Of a stretch of DNA of 64,000 nucleotides, positions 61,459-64,000 are shown piece by piece. Positions within the stretch are counted from its first letter, which is position 1, and every line of letters starts with the position of its first letter. A program made the translations under genes and the position numbers. The notes under the pieces were generated by a model. The model was not told the DNA's origin. It searched no databases and worked only from the letters and a program-made list of their open reading frames with translations. Source of the DNA: Chiloscyllium plagiosum (Eukaryota); NCBI RefSeq assembly GCF_004010195.1, contig NC_057727.1:10978132-11042131 (forward strand), in the 5' to 3' direction.

Positions 61459-63050
61459 ATTGATGAAGAGAAATCAGAGTTATGTTTTGAGTCCAGTATC
61501 CCTTCTTCAGAATGATAGAAGCTAAGGAAAGATGGTATTTATGCTGATGTCAGAAAATGGGGAGACAGAGGTAAAGAGGGAACCCAGAGAGAGAATTAGA
61601 GATAAAAGGTTCGGCAGACAAAGGGATTGTTGATAATAAGCCAGGAAAGAAAAGAAGCTTGATGGGTGATCATGGAGAGACTATTAGTAGTTGAAAATGG
61701 GTTGGCTGAGCTGAAAACAAACCCTGTCATGACAGGATCTGAAGTGTGGGATAAGCAATAGATGTGGAAGGAGGTGATCACGCTCTAAAATTGTTAAACT
61801 CGATGTTGAGTCCTGAAGGCTGTAAGGTTCCCAAGGAGATGAGGTTTTGTTCATCTAGTTTGTGTTGAGCCTCACTGGAGTACTGCAGTAGGCCTGGGAC
61901 AGAAATGCTGACATGGCAATATGACAGTGTGGTGCTGGAAAAGCACAGCAGGTCAGGTAGCATCCGAGGTGCAGGAGAATCAACATTTCAGGCATGAGCC
62001 CTTCATCAGGATTGAGGCTTGTGAGCCAGAGGGTGTAGAGAGATAAATGGAAGGGGGTGGAGCTGGGGGAAGATAGCTGAGAGTGCGGTAGGTAGATGAA
62101 AGTGGAGGTGACGGTGATAGGTCGGAGAGGAAGGTGGAGTGGATAGATGGGAAGGAAAATGGACAGGTAGGACCCTACAAACAGACAGGATTAATGTGGA
62201 TTTCACTAGTTTCCTCATTTCCCCTCCCCCCATCTTATCCCAGATCTAACCTTTCAACTCGGCACTGCCCTCTTGACCTGTCAAAGTGTTGATTCTCCTG
62301 CTCCTTGGATGCTGCCTGACCAGCTGTGCTTTTCCAGCACCACACTCTCGACTCTGATCTCAAGTATCTGCAGTCCTCACTTTCTTCTCATGGCAATATG
62401 ACAGTATGTTGCAGGCAAGTGTCTGTAAGTTCAGGATTATTTTTACAGATCTATTGTAGGTGTTCCACAAAGCAGTTTCCCAGACTGTCTCCCCAGTGTA
62501 GAAGAGACCAAATTGTGAGCAGCGAATACAGAGGACTAGACTAAATGGAGTGCAGGTAAATTACTGCTACCTAGAAGGTGTGTCTGGGGCCTTATATAGT
62601 GAGAACAGAGGAGGTAAAGGGGCAAGTGTTGCACCTTCTGCAATTGCATGGAATTGCATAGGAATGATGGAAGAGTAGACCTGGTCCCTGAGAGTGCTGA
62701 CAAGGGAGGGAGGGGGAATGTGTCTGGCAGTGGTGGAAATGGCAGCTTATGATCTTTAGGATGCAGAGACTGTTGGGTGGCAAATGAGGATTGGGGGCTG
62801 TATAATTATTGTGGCAGGGAAGAGAAGCATTGAGGGCAAACGCATGGGAAATGGGTCAGACAGAACTAAGGGTCCCGTCAACCACAGTAGCGGGGAATCC
62901 TTGTTTGAGTAAAAAGGTGAACATTTTTGAGGGCCCCTTGTGGCATCATTAGAACAGATGTAATGTAGTCAGAGAAACTGGGAGAATAGAATGGAGTCCT
63001 TACAAGAGGTAAGGTGTGTGGATGGTTAGTCATGGGTATTGGTGTGATAA
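61459..63050 (-). mobile_element. Decayed Neptune-type Penelope-like element; its pLTR continues at ~50020-50052
   Basis: PCNCRRCNTCPF linker and GIY-YIG C-terminus LDEQNLISLGTLQPSGLNIEFNNF; further pLTR pieces nested at 61925-62390. Confidence 0.7.
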
Positions 63051-63765
63051 TTGATAAATACCATCTTTCCTAGCTGCTGTCTGTTCTGAAGAAGGGTCAC
63101 TGGACTCGAAATGTTAGTACTGTTTTCTCTTCACAGATACTGCCACACCTGCTGCGTTTCTCCAGTAATTTGTTTTTGTTTATTTCAGATCTCCAGCATC
63201 CATAGTTCTTCATTTTATTTTTACCAATGGATTATTGTTGTGTTCAAGGAAACTGTATCACACTGCCTTGCTCCATTCTCAATCATCACCCCTATTTCTT
63301 ACCAGTGCGTGTACTATGACAATAGCAACTTGGTAGTTGTGACCATGTTATATTATTCCTACTCCTTCTGTACTATGTGTAATTATGCAAGGGTGTTTCT
63401 GTGGGGTAAGGTGTGACAAGAGAGAAGGTAAATATTTTGATTGATGAGAGTCTCTGTTTTAGTTATAGAGATCAATGTTGATCATCTTTGATCGTTATGA
63501 CTCCAACCCCATAATTCTAACACAGTTCTAATGCATAACAATGAAAGCTTATAAAACTCAATGAAGTGAAAGTATCAGACAATTCACAGCCATTTTTACA
63601 TAAACATTCAACAGTATGCTGATATTTTTAACTGGTGTAAACAAAAACTATTATTAATCAATGTTTTATTACTATTTCCCTGTATCTTCACATTACTCTT
63701 GTACATGTTTCTAATGCAAAGAAGTAAATTAGATTTTGTTATGCTTTTCCATACAGTGAAATAAA

Positions 63766-64000
63766 ATGTCTGAGAAACTGAAACAGTGCAGGGAAGACCT
63801 AGCAGCTGCTCTGGACCGAGCTCTAGAGGACAACATTGTATCTCCTGTGTTCTCTTCAGATCCTGAGTGGCTTGAGTCAGGAAGGTTACTGCAACCAAAC
63901 GCTGGTGCATTCATTAACCATCCCATTGCTAGAATGTATCCACCTTTCAATTCGCCACATCTCACGCAGCCAGTTCTGCAAGTATTATCTGAGAGAGGAC
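63766..64000 (+). CDS. C3orf62: C3orf62 (MAPS) homolog, first coding exon, runs off the window
   Basis: Acceptor ttttccatacag| at 63757; MSEKLKQCREDLAAALDRALEDNIVSPV.. resembles human [21 protein letters not shown]; lies downstream of USP4 on the same strand as in human. Confidence 0.82.
   Translation, partial: MSEKLKQCREDLAAALDRALEDNIVSPVFSSDPEWLESGRLLQPNAGAFINHPIARMYPPFNSPHLTQPVLQVLSERG

Overview
Vertebrate, repeat-rich DNA, almost certainly from an elasmobranch (HE1 V-SINE, shark-type CR1 and Penelope repeats). Host genes, in order: the last 8 coding exons of USP4 (+, 2119-20847); a complete two-exon selenocysteine GPX1-like gene (-, 27429-26351, in-frame TGA at codon 40) whose SECIS has AA instead of the invariant 3' GA; a CpG-island promoter with an array of MYB sites (~40950-41380); and the first coding exon of C3orf62 (+, 63766 to window end). 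The rest is nested mobile DNA. Main observations: (1) an 11.4-kb triple nest of Tx1-clade LINEs whose 5' ends are spliceosomal snRNA pieces (U2 on one copy, U1 on another, a 9-nt U1 stub on a third), lying inside their TSDs; (2) an LTR/ERV-like element that carries a spliced RBPMS2 cDNA; (3) the non-canonical SECIS; (4) many Penelope-derived minimal hammerhead ribozyme motifs. Family assignments come from recalled motifs; no searches were run. Repeat boundaries without a stated TSD are approximate.
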